DNA of 64,000 nt, taken from the NCBI RefSeq assembly GCF_004010195.1, contig NC_057754.1, positions 10,241,182 to 10,305,181 on the forward strand, read 5' to 3'. This stretch comes from Chiloscyllium plagiosum (Eukaryota). The notes under the pieces were generated by a model. The model saw only the letters and a program-made list of their open reading frames with translations, was not told the origin of the DNA and searched no databases. A program made the translations under genes and the position numbers. This document shows positions 62,107-64,000 of this stretch, piece after piece (position 1 is the stretch's first letter; the number at the start of each line of letters is the position of its first letter).

Positions 62107-63020
62107 AGGGGGCAGCTCAGTGGGTAGCACTCGGCTGACTGTCTATGTGGAGTTTGCACATTCTCCCCGTGTCTGCACGGGTTTCCTCTGGGTGCTCTGG
62201 TTTCCTCCTACAGTCCAAAGATGTGCAGGTTAGGTGAATTGGACATGCTAAATTGCCCGTAGTGTTAGGTGCATGAGTCAGAAGGAAATAGGTCTGGGAG
62301 GGTTAGTCTTCAGAGGTGTGGACTTGTTGGGCCTTCGTCATTTCCGCCACCTCCAAACAGACCCCACCACCTAGGATATATTTCCCTCCCCTCCCCTATC
62401 AGCGTTCCGGAAAGATCACTCCCTCCGCGACTCCCTCGTCAGGTCCACACCCCCCACCAACCCAACCTCCACTCCCGGCACCTTCCCCTGCGTGGCTGAA
62501 CACTTTAACACTCCCTCCCACTCCGTCAAGGACATGCAGGTCCTTGGCCTCCTCCATCGCCAGACCATGGCAACATGACGCCTGGAGGAAGAGCGCCTCA
62601 TCTTCCGCCTAGGAACCCTCCAACCACAAGGGATGAATGCAGATTTCTCCAGCTTCCTCATTTCTCCTCCCCTCATCTTATCTCAGTCCCAACCCTCGGA
62701 CTCAGCACCGCCTTCTTGACCTGCAATCTTCTTCCCGACCTCTCCGCCCCCACCCCCTCTCCAGCCTATCACCCTCACCTTAACCTTCTTCCACCTATCA
62801 CATTCCCAACGTCCCTCCCCCAAAGTCCCTCCTCCCTACCTTTTATCGTAGCCTGCTTGGCACACCCTCCTCATTCCTGAAGAAGGGCTTATGCCCGAAA
62901 TGTTGATTCTCCTGCCTGACCTGCTGCGCTTTTCCAGCAACACATTTTTCAGCTCTGATCTCCAGCGTCTGCAGTCCTCACTTTCTCCTTGTTGGGCCGA
63001 AGGGCCTGTTTCTACACAAT
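62107..63020 (+). mobile_element. HE1 SINE with a Penelope insertion in its tail
   Basis: Core at 62140-62260; tail split by the insert. Confidence 0.85.
62334..62988 (+). mobile_element. Penelope-like 3' fragment (GIY-YIG C-terminus plus hammerhead)
   Basis: DMQVLGLL..LEEERLIFRLGTLQPQGMN; ctgaagaagggcttatgcccgaaa at ~62878; TSD cttgttgggcc. Confidence 0.88.
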
Positions 63021-63775
63021 AGCGAATCGAATCTGATCTAAGATGAGCACAGATATCTATGAGTTGTGTGGTTGGAAGAGATCGGAGAGATAGAGATGAT
63101 AGCAGCTGGGGAGGGATTTGAAAACAATGCTGAGAATTTTTAAGTGTTAATGCTTTGTAGGCAGTGAGCACATCTGCGATGGATGAATTAGTAAAAAGAC
63201 ATGGCTGTGAGTCAAGACATAAATAACAGAATGAGGATAGCGTTAAGTTTACAGGTAAGATGTCCTTGAACATTTAAATCGAGTGCTAACAAAGAACTAG
63301 ATGAGCTTTTCAGATGAGTTGAGACCAGGGTGGAGTTGAGTGGTGCTGTTCAGCTGAAAATAGATAATATTGGTTATGAGGGTATATAGGCTGCTCTTTC
63401 AGCCTCTCTTTCATTACCGCTGTTGTCCCTCACACTTCTTGCCCCTGTCATTGTAGCCCATTGTGCACTGTCTCATCCCTTACGCACTGTCTTACCTCTT
63501 GTGCACTCTCTCACTCCTCATGCTTTCCCTCGCCCCTCATGCTCTCTCTCACCCTTCCAGATCCTTCCTTTCCAATTTTTTCTCCTCATCTTCATCCCAG
63601 ATTGTGTATGAGGGTGTGTGTGTGCGCGCGCATGCTTGATAGAGCGTGCGCGTGACTGTGATGGATTATATGCCTGTGAGAGGGGGAGTGTATGTGTGTC
63701 TGAAAGAACGTGTGTTTGGGAGAGGGTCTGAGCTGAGATGTCACTTTTTATAATAAAACCTTAAGTAATCTCGGG

Positions 63776-64000
63776 AATCCACAGACTCCCTACAGTGTGG
63801 AAACAGGCTCTTCCGCCCAACAAGTCCACATTAACCCTCCGAAGAGTAACCCACTCAGACCCATTCTCCTACTCTATTGTCCTATGGGCCTAGCCTACAC
63901 ATCCCTGAACACTTTGGGCAATTTAGCATGACCAATTCACCTAAACTGCAAGTCTTTGGATTGTGGGAAGAAACTGGAGCACCAGGAGGAAAGCCACGCA
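63776..64000 (-). mobile_element. HE1 SINE running off the window end
   Basis: acagtgtggaaacagg..ccaacaagtccaca..gggcaatttagcatg. Confidence 0.88.

Overview
Repeat-dense vertebrate genomic DNA, most likely from a shark (inferred from HE1-type SINEs with CR1/HER1-type LINEs). It has two N gaps (29218-29897, 46521-47487). The window lies in a C2H2 zinc-finger cluster: one intact gene (38987-40411, minus; 15 full fingers plus one degenerate), two decayed ZNF paralogues, and three CpG/CCAAT/GC-box promoter islands (~17.5, ~41.4, ~59.7 kb). The rest is nested transposons: many CR1 copies, Rex1 and L2 remnants, HE1 SINEs, two Tigger-like MITEs, a two-LTR Gmr1-like Gypsy with a SCAN-like capsid (19868-28214), and Penelope-like elements whose ends carry minimal hammerhead-ribozyme motifs. 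The most striking feature is a decayed endogenous retrovirus (~49810-52680). Its env TM subunit has a Cys-bounded internal fusion loop and aligns without gaps to filovirus GP2 as I recall that sequence. All family assignments are by eye and recall, with no database searches. Boundaries of degraded repeats are approximate.
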